From Obrimoposthia wandeli (taxonomy: Eukaryota), in contig CDROCS010002367.1 of NCBI GenBank assembly GCA_977020255.1, positions 1 through 64,000 on the forward strand: a DNA stretch of 64,000 nt. The letters are read 5' to 3'. The notes beneath the pieces are model-generated. The model was not told the DNA's origin. It did no database searches and worked only from the letters and a program-made list of their open reading frames with translations. Position 1 is the stretch's first letter, and every line of letters begins with the position of its first letter. This document shows positions 33,861 through 47,169 of the stretch, in pieces. Made by a program: the position numbers and the translations under genes.

Positions 33861-34899
33861 CTGAAGACGTCGAATTATATGAATAGAGATAAAGTTCAAG
33901 TTTAAGTGGCTAAATTAATACTAAATGGTTCAGAATACCTTAAATTTCAAAGTTTACATGTTTCAGAGGTTAATATCAAAGGACAAATTTCTTTATTATC
34001 AAAATTTATTCAATTACTAACCAGTAAACTATGGCAAGCAATTAAAATCAAACAATCAGAAATGGCCCTCTAAGTATTCTTAATAAATCGTGTATTTAAA
34101 GTTTTAGGATATGTTGAGGACATTACATCCCTAATACTCATTGTCATTCGTTTAATAAGATACTCAGTCATCCGAACAAGCAACAAGTAATAGAGTTCGA
34201 TAAATTAAATGACAATTTAGGTCAGATTCATGTTACTTATGTTTACCATGTATTTTTAAAGCATTGCATCCAACAGTTCTTAAAGCGTCTTGTACATCAG
34301 TTAATAGATAATAGATAATGTTTTTTCGTATAAATTGTTTATGGAGATGCGAAAAGAAGTTGGTGGTCCCAGAAATGTCATACAGTCAATTGATTAATAC
34401 CTCCATATGCTTGATCTCATCATCTCATCAAATGTAATATGCTCTCAAAGCCAGTTGTCATTGACTCGATAATTACAGAGAATCAATTTTCTGTTTTGTT
34501 AATTTTTAGAGGATGTTCCTGTTAACAGTCATTCAACTATGAAAGTTAATTAATCAAAGATTTTCTTTAAGAAAATAATTTTTTTTAAAATAATTCTTAT
34601 TGAACTATTATTTTTGAACTTTATATATATTTATTAAGTTGATATTTTATTTAGCATTATTGTGCAGTATTAAATTTATTTTTAAAAAATTGTTGTAAAA
34701 ATAGTTTCAATGTTTTGAGAAATTATGCTCAAATACTAATTCTGAAATATAAGCTTTATATGTCAATTCATATAACAATTATTTTCTTTTATATTTAATA
34801 ACTCTTTTTTGTATGAAAGATGGACGGGATTTAAAAGAACGTTCAGAGGCATATATGAAAACTCATTTTGGCGTCAATAAACTGTAGTAGTTCAAAATA

Positions 34900-35484
34900 T
34901 CTGGAAATCATGAGAGAAAGTGTGTTATAGTCAATTGAAAATATTTAAGATATGTTAGCACGAATCAAACTGGGTAAACCTGCGAAATAAGAAAACAAGA
35001 AAACAAAGTATTATAACAATGTCAAAGATAAGTTGTTGGAGTTAAAGGTGATGAACTGACTGGAATGACTCATGAAATCGCATCAGCTGTCCTGGTGAAA
35101 GTTTCCTGAAACCTTAAATAAAGTAGCTACCGAACCAGATGAAGATATAAATTAGAATGAAGAAAGAGTAAATTTGAATATTATTCAATAAATATTACTG
35201 TGTGAAAATGGTCTCGCGGATTTGTTAAATGTATTGAATTCCGCCAATAATCAATTGAATGACGATAATAATAAATGGAATGACGATAATTTCAAATACA
35301 ATAAAAAAATGAAACAAAGTAAAATAACCAGGTATTTTAAACTAGAAAAATTGTTTTAACGGAATTCGGTGTCTTAATTGAATACATTTTTTAGACTTCG
35401 TAGAATTTAGTAGCAGAGACCTCGCATTAACGGACACATTCACTCAGTCTGAGGTGTGTACGTTAATATGAGGTTTCATTGTAG
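34900..35484 (+). mobile_element. pogo/Tigger-like DNA transposon 3' remnant
   Basis: KQSKITRYF C-terminal motif and a terminal sequence whose reverse complement reads CAATGAAACCTCATATTAAC..., typical of pogo TIRs. Confidence 0.45.
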
Positions 35485-36647
35485 CGATTGATGAAAAAAG
35501 TCAATTTCGCGACAATTTGAAAATGGTTTAGTCTTTTTTAAAAAAATGTCGTTTACAAATACGTTGTTCTTGTTTTAGTAAAATCTATAAGATAAATGTT
35601 TAAGCTTATTTTTGTTTAAAAGTTATTTTGCAAGGAACCCAGTTTTTAAACTTTTTGTATTTTCATTTAAAACTTTGCTAATAGAAATTTTTCTTATTTT
35701 ATTGCAATAAATATTTTGTAGGTCTAAAAATATTTTTGAAACTTTGTAAAAGTTAAAGTTACAAATAAATATTAAATATGAAAGTACCCAACAAAAATAA
35801 AATTAAAAAATCGCACGAAGGGATGTGTAAAAAATACCAAAGATTCGAAACACAAACATATCAAATTATACTGCGTCACAAATTATCACTATTATTCTTT
35901 CCATTAATGTTATTTAAAAACTCCCTTATCGAAATAGCTAAAACACATTTTTTATATTAAATAACGAGTTTACATAAATATGAAACTGTGTATTTAGTTA
36001 ACACAATTAATTATCAGGTTATGAAAACATAAAATGCTTGTATTGGTTTCTAATAGATTACATTATTGCATACGTTAATCAGGAAATGTTTGCTTTCATT
36101 TAGAGAGATTAAAATATTTTACTATGTTATTAACTGACACTGACCTATAGATAAAGATTCTTTAGACATCGGCATTTCATAATCTGTACACGTAAAATTA
36201 TTTTCCATAATATTCTCTTCAATATATGACTCCGAACGTTTACAATTTACTGTGAAACTTTAATAAAATAGTCAAAAACTATCCCTGAATAATTTTTTTT
36301 CCTCAAAATAAAACTAAACATGTTTTTCTGTGTTGCCGACGTACACAAACAAACAAATAATGTCACAAATATGTGGCACAATAAAAACGGTAGAAATAAA
36401 GAGAACCTCTTTAAAATAAAGATATCTGAAAACATTCAAGAATCGTGATAGAAGATCATTCTAAAGTTGAATCCAAGAAGACCAAAATAACCCCAAAATG
36501 CATCAAAAAGGTTGTTCTTGAGAAGGTTCTCAAAAGTCTAAAAGGAAGAATCCCAGAATTATTTCAAGGAGAACCCCCAAAGATGCTTTGAAAGGTTATT
36601 TTAGATCCCCAAAGATCCCAGTAGATCCTCAAAAAGAGAAAAGTTAC

Positions 36648-36911
36648 CTTAAGTAGGTCTCCAAGCGCAACTGCCACCAAGTAGCGATTAGTGCTGCAGG
36701 CGGGCATATAAGAGTGTCTGAACACGATGAGACAGCCTGCATTCAAAATGATGCCTAGTGATGCCAAGGTTGGATAGAGAACAAGGCCGCAGGTGAGCTT
36801 TGTGCGTCTGAATAGTCGCTCTTCAGGGCTTTCTGTCGAGCTCAGCAAGATGGCAAGACGAGGAAGAGGCGAGGTTAGCGGCAGCGGCCACAACGAAGAA
36901 GATGAGAACAT
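36648..36911 (-). CDS. Host peptide GPCR, exon encoding N-terminus, TM1 and start of TM2
   Basis: ATG at 36911; LYPTLASLGIILNAGCLIVF...STNRYLVAVALGDLLK then AAG|GTAACT donor. TM5-7 exons were not located with confidence. Confidence 0.8.
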
Positions 36912-37299
36912 TAGAAGACAAATGTGACGGGCATCGCATTCGATGACTAATTCAACCAATCAGACACGAGTATCAAGGTCACAATCAAGAACAACTATTT
37001 GTTGAGGGCCACAGAAAACAGCGCAACAAATTTATGACTTCTTTTTGTTAATTAAATTTTATGTAGCAAACCCTGGTCGAAATTTTACACTGATTTCAAA
37101 TATGTTCATATCTTATCTTCAGTGTGTATAGTTTTTGATATAATTACAATTAAATAATTACTTTTGAACGCTAAAATATACTTCATTCATAAATAATTCA
37201 CAAAAAGAAAAGATTTGCTTAAACAAAAGAAAGAAAAACTATTAAAATACATATTTAATGTCGAAAATTTCTTTTTAATCACTTTCTTGACTAGTTATT

Positions 37300-37720
37300 G
37301 CCTGTACAATCTCGTTGTGAACACCATCAATCCCAGAGAAAGATATTTGATGTTTGTTCCAATATGTGTTTCATAGTTTCATATATTTTACAGAATACAG
37401 AATTGGAATTGATGCTTATTTCTTTCCGTTATGAAGCAATACACATTTCAAACTAGATTTTGATCTGACCTTGGAACGTTTCCAAATGATTAACTACATA
37501 TTTTGAACAGTATCACAAAATGCAAAACTTTCATCATCTTCAAAATATTGTTCAATCTTATTTTCTCTGTCGACAAAAATTAATTTTGACATTAGGTACT
37601 ATCTTGAAGCTTAACATTTCGTAGATTCGTTTGAAAAATTAAAATTTCAACCCCAATCATTCAGTTAAGACAGCTAAATTTTCTGAGTTTTTAAATCTTT
37701 TTCTTCATATTCATTATGAA
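37300..37720 (-). mobile_element. Decayed CMC-superfamily (Chapaev3-like) transposase fragment
   Basis: SSLKCVLLHNG...ASIPILYSV motif and upstream FAFCD segment. Confidence 0.55.
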
Positions 37721-38179
37721 TTTCTTCTGTAGAAAAAGGTAAATCAGGTATTTGAACTTGATAAGAATGAGGAACGGATCTGATAGCTGATATTTACTTG
37801 CTTGGAAATTCGGATAAGTTATTGATTAAGCTTTCTGATTTATTCCATCAACATTAATAATGCAAAATTAACAATCAATTATCGGCGTTTTCAGTCCTCT
37901 TCAAAAGACAAGAATTACAAAACTTAACCTCTTTCTATTTCCTTTACTCAATTTCCTGATATTCTCAGCGCTTGTGTGTTCTTAGATTTATAGATATTTA
38001 CAATTTTTTTATATTTTTGAATTTTATATTTTTCATTTCAATATAAAGGCAATTTAAAATTATAATATCAAGACAATATGTATATGTATAAATGAAAATT
38101 TTGAGAATATAAAGATTTATTTTTAATTCAGTAGTTGGATGTGTCTAGTCTAATCCACCCTCGGGGGTAACACTGTTCT

Positions 38180-38201
38180 TTACCCTTTCGTTACATATTT
38201 T

Positions 38202-38270
<69 letters not shown>

Positions 38271-39250
38271 TATTATACCTATTTTCCTCTTATCAGCGAA
38301 AAAAATAATTATTTCAAAAATATCTCACTTTTATATCTATTTTATGTCGGTATCAAATTTGATAATGTGGTAATCAAGTGTTAGAAAATTAAACCGTCTG
38401 CATACCAAACGAAAACTTTATATTAAAATACATACTCGTAATTAAACCATTGTTTTGTATGATATTCCAAAAAACACTTTCGTTGAGGTCGTTAACACCA
38501 AAAATTTGTACATTTGGTACTTTTTGTCTGTGATAAAGCATTACACAATCTACATTTTCGTCTTCTACATGCCTCAGTCATTTCAGAAAAATGACCAACC
38601 TGATCACACCGGATAATGTCTAATGGTGAATGTTGAATATGAGAATATCTCGGTCGAACTGGAGCTGGTTCATCATTTTCAACATTTTCTCATCTTTCTT
38701 CTTCAACAATCTCATATCATGTTAAGATATGTCCTTATCTTATACAATCAATTGTAACTAGGATTATCTCTGTTTTTGATAATAAATGAATTATTGGCAA
38801 AATGAAGATATCGATTAATTCCAAAAAATCTATTCTGTTCATGAAGTCTGCAATTGCTGATATTCTAAATTCTTCTGACCAGTACATATTATAACGAGGC
38901 ATTCCTATTACATTCATTCTAATTATTATTCCGATCTATCTCTGTAGAATTTGTATAAAATAACGAGTTATTAGATTCAAGCGTGATAAGAATAACTATA
39001 TCATGTGTAAAATACTTTCTAAAATAAGTTATAGGACTATTCATTTCGAGCATTCGACCTTTGAGGTCCACATCATAATCAATTTATGTTGGTGGTGCTC
39101 TGAACGTACGCCATTTAAATTCTTGATTCAGAGTTCCTAATAAATCATATTCATCTTCTGACGGTGCATCTTCTTCAGAACATATTGATGAATGTTCACC
39201 CACCTTCCACAGCTATCTTCATTATATTCCAAATTGATATCAATTCTATA
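38180..39250 (-). mobile_element. Internally deleted piggyBac transposon
   Basis: PITYFRKYF...ESN, MPRYNMYWS, YLHFANN and the C-terminal Cys-rich domain (IRCDQVGH...CRLC...KC...FLEYH); CCCTTTCG end at a TTA(A) site. Confidence 0.7.
38205..38268. repeat. (AT)32 microsatellite
   Basis: Direct inspection. Confidence 0.98.
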
Positions 39251-42200
39251 ATTTTAATCTAAAAATCAATGTATATATAAATAAGTTAAAATTATACTTA
39301 CTTTTGTCAATAAAAGTTGTTAACAAAACTAATTATAAAATGAAATACAGCAAAATTTTATTTTTAAAACTAATTGATTACCACAGTATCATATATGATA
39401 GCAAAATAATAATTGAAATATATATAAAATAGTAATAGCTATAAGTTAAAATATTACTAATACTAACTTAGCACATCTTATAACATAATTACAATTTTTT
39501 TAAACATCATATTTCATAATCTACATTGTTAAAATTAACTTTAACTTCAATAAAAGCTATAAGTCGTAAGTATTAAATTGGAAAAATTATAATGTAATTT
39601 ATTTCAATAAAATGTGTAATAGTACATAAATTGACTTGTAAATTCTATGAAAAATATATTTAAAAATAAGCGTATACAATTCATTTAAAACCTAGGTATC
39701 ATATATAGGTACATGTGTCTCCTGTCTAATTACCCACCTGTCCCGCCTGCAGCGGGGGTGGCGAGAGCTCCCCTCACCCAAAAAAACGCTCCTTCGAGGT
39801 GCCCGGCCATACCCCTCTCTCGGGGACTAAGGTAACTACCAAAAAAAATGTGCCATTCGGCAGCAATAGTAACGTACATTTATATCACACATACTTTAAC
39901 AACCCCTACACTACTCCAACTATACATGTATATAAAAATCTCATTATACATTTTTTCTCAACTTCATCATAAAAATTTTGTCAAGGGTCAAGGCGGCTAA
40001 CTGAAATTCAAAGATTAAGAGCATAGGATCCTTGAATTTAATCAACATCGATTTCGAGCAGGTTCTACGATTCTTGGCTTACCATTTTGCTTTTGAAATC
40101 TCCCAATTTCTCCTCACGTGTACTGCCTGTGCCATACAATTGCCCCTAAATCCCTAGATATGACTTTAAGAATTGTATAAGTGTTTTTAACTCAACACAC
40201 ACTCGATTGTTTTAAAAAAAATTGAACACATACACATAGACGTTGCCAAAATTATTTAAATAACACGCTTACATTGGACGATGAAAGATGGTTAGTCTGT
40301 ATATAAAGCGAGCTCTTTTCATTATTTTTCATTAATCAAAAATGTCATTTTACAACAACGTTGACCTAGACAAAGATATGGAGGTGCAGCTGTATGCAGA
40401 TCTCGCCACCACCGTCGCAGTACATTGACTTACTTAGTCAAGACTCTTCGGTGGTGATCCAAGGAGTAAGTCGAGAGCTGATGAACTATCCTTCATTACT
40501 TCGACTCTGAGAGAAGGGATACATAGTTCCCAATATATTGACCTGATTATTCACGAGTTGATTGAAGATTGTACTCCTCAACAGAATGCGGTAGCTCGTC
40601 CATAAACTTCAGCAGAAGTAGCATGGAGACCGGTGAGGAAGAGGAGCAATATCTTTGATAACATCAAAGCGAACATCAAACGTCCGTGGAAGAGGATACC
40701 GTTGTTTCAGCCGGATACTATCTTCGCTCCAGACTGATGAAAACCGCTTCAAAAAACTGACGACGATTTATACGAGTTTCGCGCTGCCGACGATTCAGGA
40801 GGATTGATTCCTTTCATCGACGAATGGGACCATGTGACTCCTGCTCTCCAATGCAATACTGTAGCACGAGAAATCACCGACAGTATCTCCGAGTTTGACA
40901 AGGACGAGGATCTCACTCTTTTTCTCATCGAGTGGGACGAAGATTAGTGGCGTCTCTTCGCAGACTAATGGGATGGTCTTACCCCTTCTTCTACTCCGAC
41001 TCATACTGCAGACGATACAATGCCTGAAGTATTCCGAAGGCCACCATCTCTTGTGAGACACGTTAGGAGAATAAAAACTACGAATGAGGTTAAATTATGT
41101 ATTTAAATTTTTACAGTAACTTTAACTGGATATGGTACCGTCGATGACTTCAGTGGAGAAGCTACTGTAACCGGGATCATCGCCAGCCAATGTAGCCAGA
41201 GGAGTTGCAAAGGACTCATTTGTGAAATCTGGCGTTCTTCGATAATAGTCACGTAAATTATTTAGAAAAATATAATTAATTATTCTTTTAGGAAGCTGAT
41301 CAGAATTAGTTTAAAAAAGTTTAGCGAAGCAACTACGAAACAACACAAATCGAGTTATTTCAGTAGTAAATTCTATTAATTGGATCATTTGTACAATTCA
41401 ATCACTTAACCGTTATGGCAAAAGGAATTTCTATCAGCAATAAGCTTGTATAATAAATGATTCAAAAATATAAATATTCCACCAAATTTATAATTAAAAA
41501 ATAACTTTTTTAGAAATTGTGGTGCTTAAATGATATTTAATTATCCATGTTATTGAACAAATTCCTCAAATTCCTCAAAGTGATAAAAAGTTGTATATAT
41601 ACTTTTGAGGTCGGATGTGAAATTCATGCACACATGTCTGAAATTCCACTCCAAGTACTACACAAAAAATAAGGAGTACCCTCCACAGGGAAGATTAGAC
41701 TGGACATATGGAAAAAAATTTACTCCACACACATGCACAGTTTTAAAGGACAGTGGTACTCCCTGGGAGAGGGGGTAGATTAGACCAGACACATCCACCT
41801 ACTTACATCGATCGAGTCATCAGAAATCACTTTTTATTTATAGAAAATTAAATTTGTTTTAAAATACCTAAATTACTAATTTATGATTATTTATAGTTGC
41901 TTAAAAATTATCAACACCGGCGATTACAAATTTTAGGAGGTAACATCAAAACCAACAAGGCACAAAAATAGAAATAACATTAGAAAATGCATCAACAATC
42001 ATATGTTTATAAATTTAAAATTCTTCCTTTTAAGTAAAATTAATGCTAACAATTAAATATTTTTTCTAATCAAATTTAAATTGTGTTTTTTAATTTTCCA
42101 AAATTTCTAATCATATTTCTAAGGATGATTTTAATTAATTGCCGCATTTTAATGAATGCCTTCACCACACCTACAAAAAAAACGAGTTCAGAGATATTCA

Positions 42201-43779
42201 CATTATAATATTCATTAATTTTAAAACAAAAAAAATATGTCAAATGTTATTTATATTTTTTTTTTCATAAACACGAATTTTCATATCTGAATTAACATAA
42301 CTATACTATAATATTTTATTAGATCTAAAAGGAAAATCTTCAGCATTTTCCACTACATTTCCCTTGTTTCTGTTATCTCAAAAAGTACACTCCAAATTTT
42401 GGTTATGAAACATTTAATGGAATTTAGAATACATATTTGTAAATTAAATTAGAGACCGTACAATCTTACAAAATATTGGTTGAAGAATAATCTATTGGCT
42501 AGAGAGTAGGATTGTTTACAAATCAAATTAGAATTTCATTTAATTGATATTACAATTTACTTTCAGTAAATAAAATATTATTACAAAATTGACAAATATA
42601 GTTTTCTTGACATTAACAAAATTATTGAAAAGATTATCATAGATAATAACTAACTGAACTTGGTCAGAGTTTTCATTTATTTGTTCAAATTTCTGCACTA
42701 TGTGTTTGCTGATCCAATAAATATGAATAAATATGGCCTCATTTATTGCTTATACGATTTAAAAAATAATTAAGTTTTTAAAAAATTGACAAAACTATCA
42801 AAATATTTACAATTTTTTGTTGTCAACTACGAAAGTGCTCCAATATTGCAAATCAATCATCACCAAACTAAGAAGTCAGAAACTTGGTGATATAATTAAT
42901 GGAATGAAATGTAAAGCAGATTCTTGAAAATAAAGCTCAAAATGAAATGAACATATCTGGAGCTCTTCAATTTATTAAAAAATTGTGTGAACATTTGAAT
43001 GAAAGATTTCTCGAAATGAAGCTTTGGAATGCTCGATTTAAAATATTTATTTCAAGAACATTTAAAAAATGAAAATTCAATGATCTTCTATTGATTCTTT
43101 GTGAAGCTAGTTTGGAAAACATTACAACACTGTTTGATGTTTGCAGATTATATCAGGCCTCGATTGGTTATTGTGAAATAGACTTTAGCATTATGAATTT
43201 TATCAAAAGTAAATATCAGAACCAATTAGAGGTTGATCATTTGGAAATAAAGACAAACATTGTATCTGAAAATTCTATTGACCTGGATAAAATATACCAC
43301 CACTGAAAATACACCAAGAAGCAGCGAGAAAAGAAGCAAGCTAATATGGCGCTAATTTGGCGCTAATTGTTTTCGGCACAAATAAAAAATAAAGTTTTCT
43401 TCTAGGACACTTACATAGATCGTATTGAATGGGTTTCTCAATTAGTTTCACAGACAAAGATTATATAAACTCATTTTTAATAAGCCTGTCAGAATTGTCT
43501 TTACACCGTATTTAATATAGTTTAGCTAAAGTCAACATATAATAAGTGATTCTAAAATATATTGTTTAGGAAAAATTGTATCAGAAATTGTCATCAAGCA
43601 TCAGAAATTCCAGAAATATTGACACATTTAAACAGAATTTGAAAACCTCTTTATTGAAGAAAATCTTATTTTAGGTAATTTTTTTGTGAAAACGTATTTC
43701 ACTATCGATATTAAATGTTTTAAGCGAATGGGTAGGCGAAGAAGATAAATTTTCCCAAGGCTCTAAATTCTAATAACTA

Positions 43780-43980
43780 CTTTCCGGATAATCGATCGGA
43801 ATCTGATTATTAAGTGGTACCATCGAAACACAATCTGCAACAATGCCACGAATGAGGGTTTCAAACACATATTATATACGGTTTAATATCAAAGGATCAA
43901 TAAAATGTTTTGATGGTTTACTGTGGATCCTCAGAGCCCAGGATCCCCCAAACACCGAAACAAAATAAAACATAGACAGC
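43780..43980 (-). mobile_element. Merlin/IS1595-like transposase remnant
   Basis: VFGG and TVNH..(N)FIDP fragments. Confidence 0.35.
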
Positions 43981-46900
43981 ATACAAATATCCATCACACG
44001 CATAAGCTTATTAAATTTCGATAAAAATAAGAATTATTACTACTATATGAGATGTATATATAAAGTCAGTAAACACTTAATTAAATTTAAAGACCTTGTA
44101 AAAGTAAACATGTGATAATTCAAATACGACAAAAATTAGATTTTCAAAATACGCTTCTATAAAATTCTTCAAAACGTTGCTTTAAAATAGCCTCAAATGA
44201 TGCATAACAGAGCTCTTAATTCTTTAAAATTAATACGAAAGTATATATTAACAACAAAAACATCTTGATTAATTATATGTTAGAGAAAGAATACATTTAT
44301 AAAATAAAATAAAGCACTAAATTGTTGTTGTGTGCGACTTCGATTTATGCTCTTAAAATACACGTTTTTTATTTATTTATAAAATTATATTGTAAAATTA
44401 AAATTGTTGTGCGAGTTTTAAATTATATTGTTAAAATATGACAAAAATTGAATTTCAGGACAAAATTTATGGAATAAACGCTAGAACTTCAATTTCAGTA
44501 CCATAATTGATGTTAAGAATTTTTATGTCACATTTACATGTATTTTTAGAATTCATATAAGACTTTCTGAAAGAGCGTAATTAAATCTATTGAAACTTTC
44601 TTGTTATCACATTTATTTTTCCAAAAACAAAATGCCAAACTTAATAGCCACTTTTCTTAAGATTAAGAAACTAAGTTTAAACTCCTTTCCAAACCCATTT
44701 ACAGAAAACGATTGATAATATTGGTTTTTATCATGGAATAACCGGACAAACTAATTTTAAAATGAAAGTGCCAAATTCTTCATATTTAAAATTTAGTGCA
44801 GATATTTAAATAATGACACATTATTCATTTCTCAAATGTACGGCCAGGTTGATTAAAGTTAGTTTTAACTCTACGCATCCATTGTTTTCTGAAATGTTTA
44901 TTCAGAATCTGATTGCGTATTCTAAAATCCATTGGAAATCTCTTTAAAATTATATTCTTCACTATATTATCACACTAAATAACACACTTTTACACGTCAC
45001 CAAATTCACTAAAATATCATTGAACATTCAAAAAACTGTGAAGAATACCAAAAAATGTATGGCTATTATATAACCAGACACACAACAAGCACTTTAAAGT
45101 AGCTCAATTTTATATTTAACTCAACATTGAACTTTACATTGTAGGTGACCTTGAGAATGATTGCAGTATCAAAAGTGTTTATATATTTTTCAATTTTTAT
45201 ATTATTTCATTCTTTAAGTAAGTCTTTAATTTACAGTTTTGGTAACAAACGACCGCAGCATATATACGAAAGTACGTTTAGATTTGGTGTTTGGATTCAA
45301 AATGTCTGGTAAACGTTATATGGACTGAGTTTCTAAGTAGCCATATTTCACAGATATAAAACATTGATTTATAAACTTAAATATTTGGTTTATTGCGAAG
45401 CAGGGTGCAGCAGACACTTCAATCAATGCTCTATTTCATTTGACGAAGATTTGATATTGCGCATTTGTGATTATCTGACAACCTAATATTGCTAATAAAT
45501 AAGGCCACTGCCTAATTTAAGTCGCATGGGTTTTTGTATTGACCAGTGATGCATTTGTAACATTTCTCCATTGAGGGTAAATCATTTTAATCCATATATT
45601 GAAGATGAAACAAAATTGTAGAATATCCATTTTATTTCAAATATTGTACCATACCAGCTCATAGTTTATCCGAAATTTTATTTATTCAATAGTTCATATG
45701 ATATTTGACCTAGATGGGCTTTAGTTTTCCTTGCTCAGACGAAGATTGACTTTCATCCATCTCCAGAATAGTTAATGTTAAATTTTTACAAATACAAAGG
45801 CAATATAAATTAAAACCATAATTTCTCAATTTTTTTGCCTTCTGAGCTAGGTCCTGATAGTATAGAAGGACTTGAAAGGACTTCAAACACCAAGTTAATT
45901 AAATTTTACTGTGTTCAATTCGAAATATGTGGCTTGGAATTAGCGTAGAGCAAAAAAGTATTTATATCCACATATACTCAAAAATGCAAGTTCTTTACAT
46001 CATAATATCTAGCCTCCAATTACACACAGTCGACCAAATCTTAACAAAATACTACGATTCTTCGAATAAAATAATTTTTTATCCAATGATAAACTCACAT
46101 TCAAACGTAGTCAAAAAACAAAAGAAAAGACTATGGATTTTCAAATAAATTATTTGAATAGAACACTCTCATTGGACGATTACTAGTTGAGGAGTGGTTG
46201 ATAGAGACTATCACAATCCCCCCAAGGTGAAAGCAAAGGGTGGTGGTACGCAAAACGAAGCGTTTGAGGAAGGCAATCTCCGGTCTGATCACGTCTGCTG
46301 AGGTATCGATAGAACAGCACGATAATCTTCTTTCTTTTATTGAGGTAAATTTTTAAAATATTTAAAAAAAAATTATTAATGTTTTCTATGCAGGAACCAG
46401 CACTGGTAGTTGAGGAGAGGTTGGAAGAAACGTCTCCTATTCCACCTATACGGAAGCAGCGAGCAGACGAAAAGAACTAGGAAGTCTACCACCACAATGA
46501 TAATATTCTCATAGGCGGTGATTGGTCGACAGGAGATTTTCTCCTCCCCAATGGACGACGGGCCAATTTTGTACTAGAGGATTACTCCACCTTCCAGTCA
46601 ACGTTGACTACAAGAGACTTTGCCTACGCTCCCAACAGCACAATCAAATCTGAGTCAAAATTTGGCGAGAGCTTGAGAGGCTGAATCTCCTCTCCCTGCA
46701 GCATCCCCAAGTCAGAATTTAAAGAGGACAGTTGTGCAGCCGAAGAAAGAAGCCTGTGCCGCTTAAGCCAATACCACTTAGTCGGAGGGATATCGATGAA
46801 GATGATCCCAATGATGACATTGTGAAATTTTTTCGTAAAAATATAATTTATCGAAAATAATCTATTATCTTCCGTTTTATTTTTAACATTATAATTTAAA

Positions 46901-47169
46901 AAATATATTAAACTTTAATTTCTTAAAAATATATATTTAAAATTATTTTAGTAAAAGCTAATATATATTTTTATAAATTTTAGTTAAGATTTTGTAATTT
47001 ATAGATGTTATCTTAAAAATCTTAAATGCGTTGATTAGTTATTGATTTATTAAATAATACTAGAGATATAAACTTATTTGCTAAATAAATAATTTTCTTT
47101 AATTGAATGTAATTGGATTAAAAATAATTCAAATTAATATATAGGTTCAAACTTATTTATCACTCCAGA

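Larger units (their letters stand above)
38130..41803. mobile_element. AGTA-terminated TIR element, copy A (Polinton/Maverick-like ends), interrupted by piggyBac
   Basis: Left end AGTAGTTGGATGTGTCTAGTCTAATCC (38130) is the inverted counterpart of ...GATTAGACCAGACACATCCACCTACT (41803); internal segments are homologous to 55200-56230. Confidence 0.55.
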
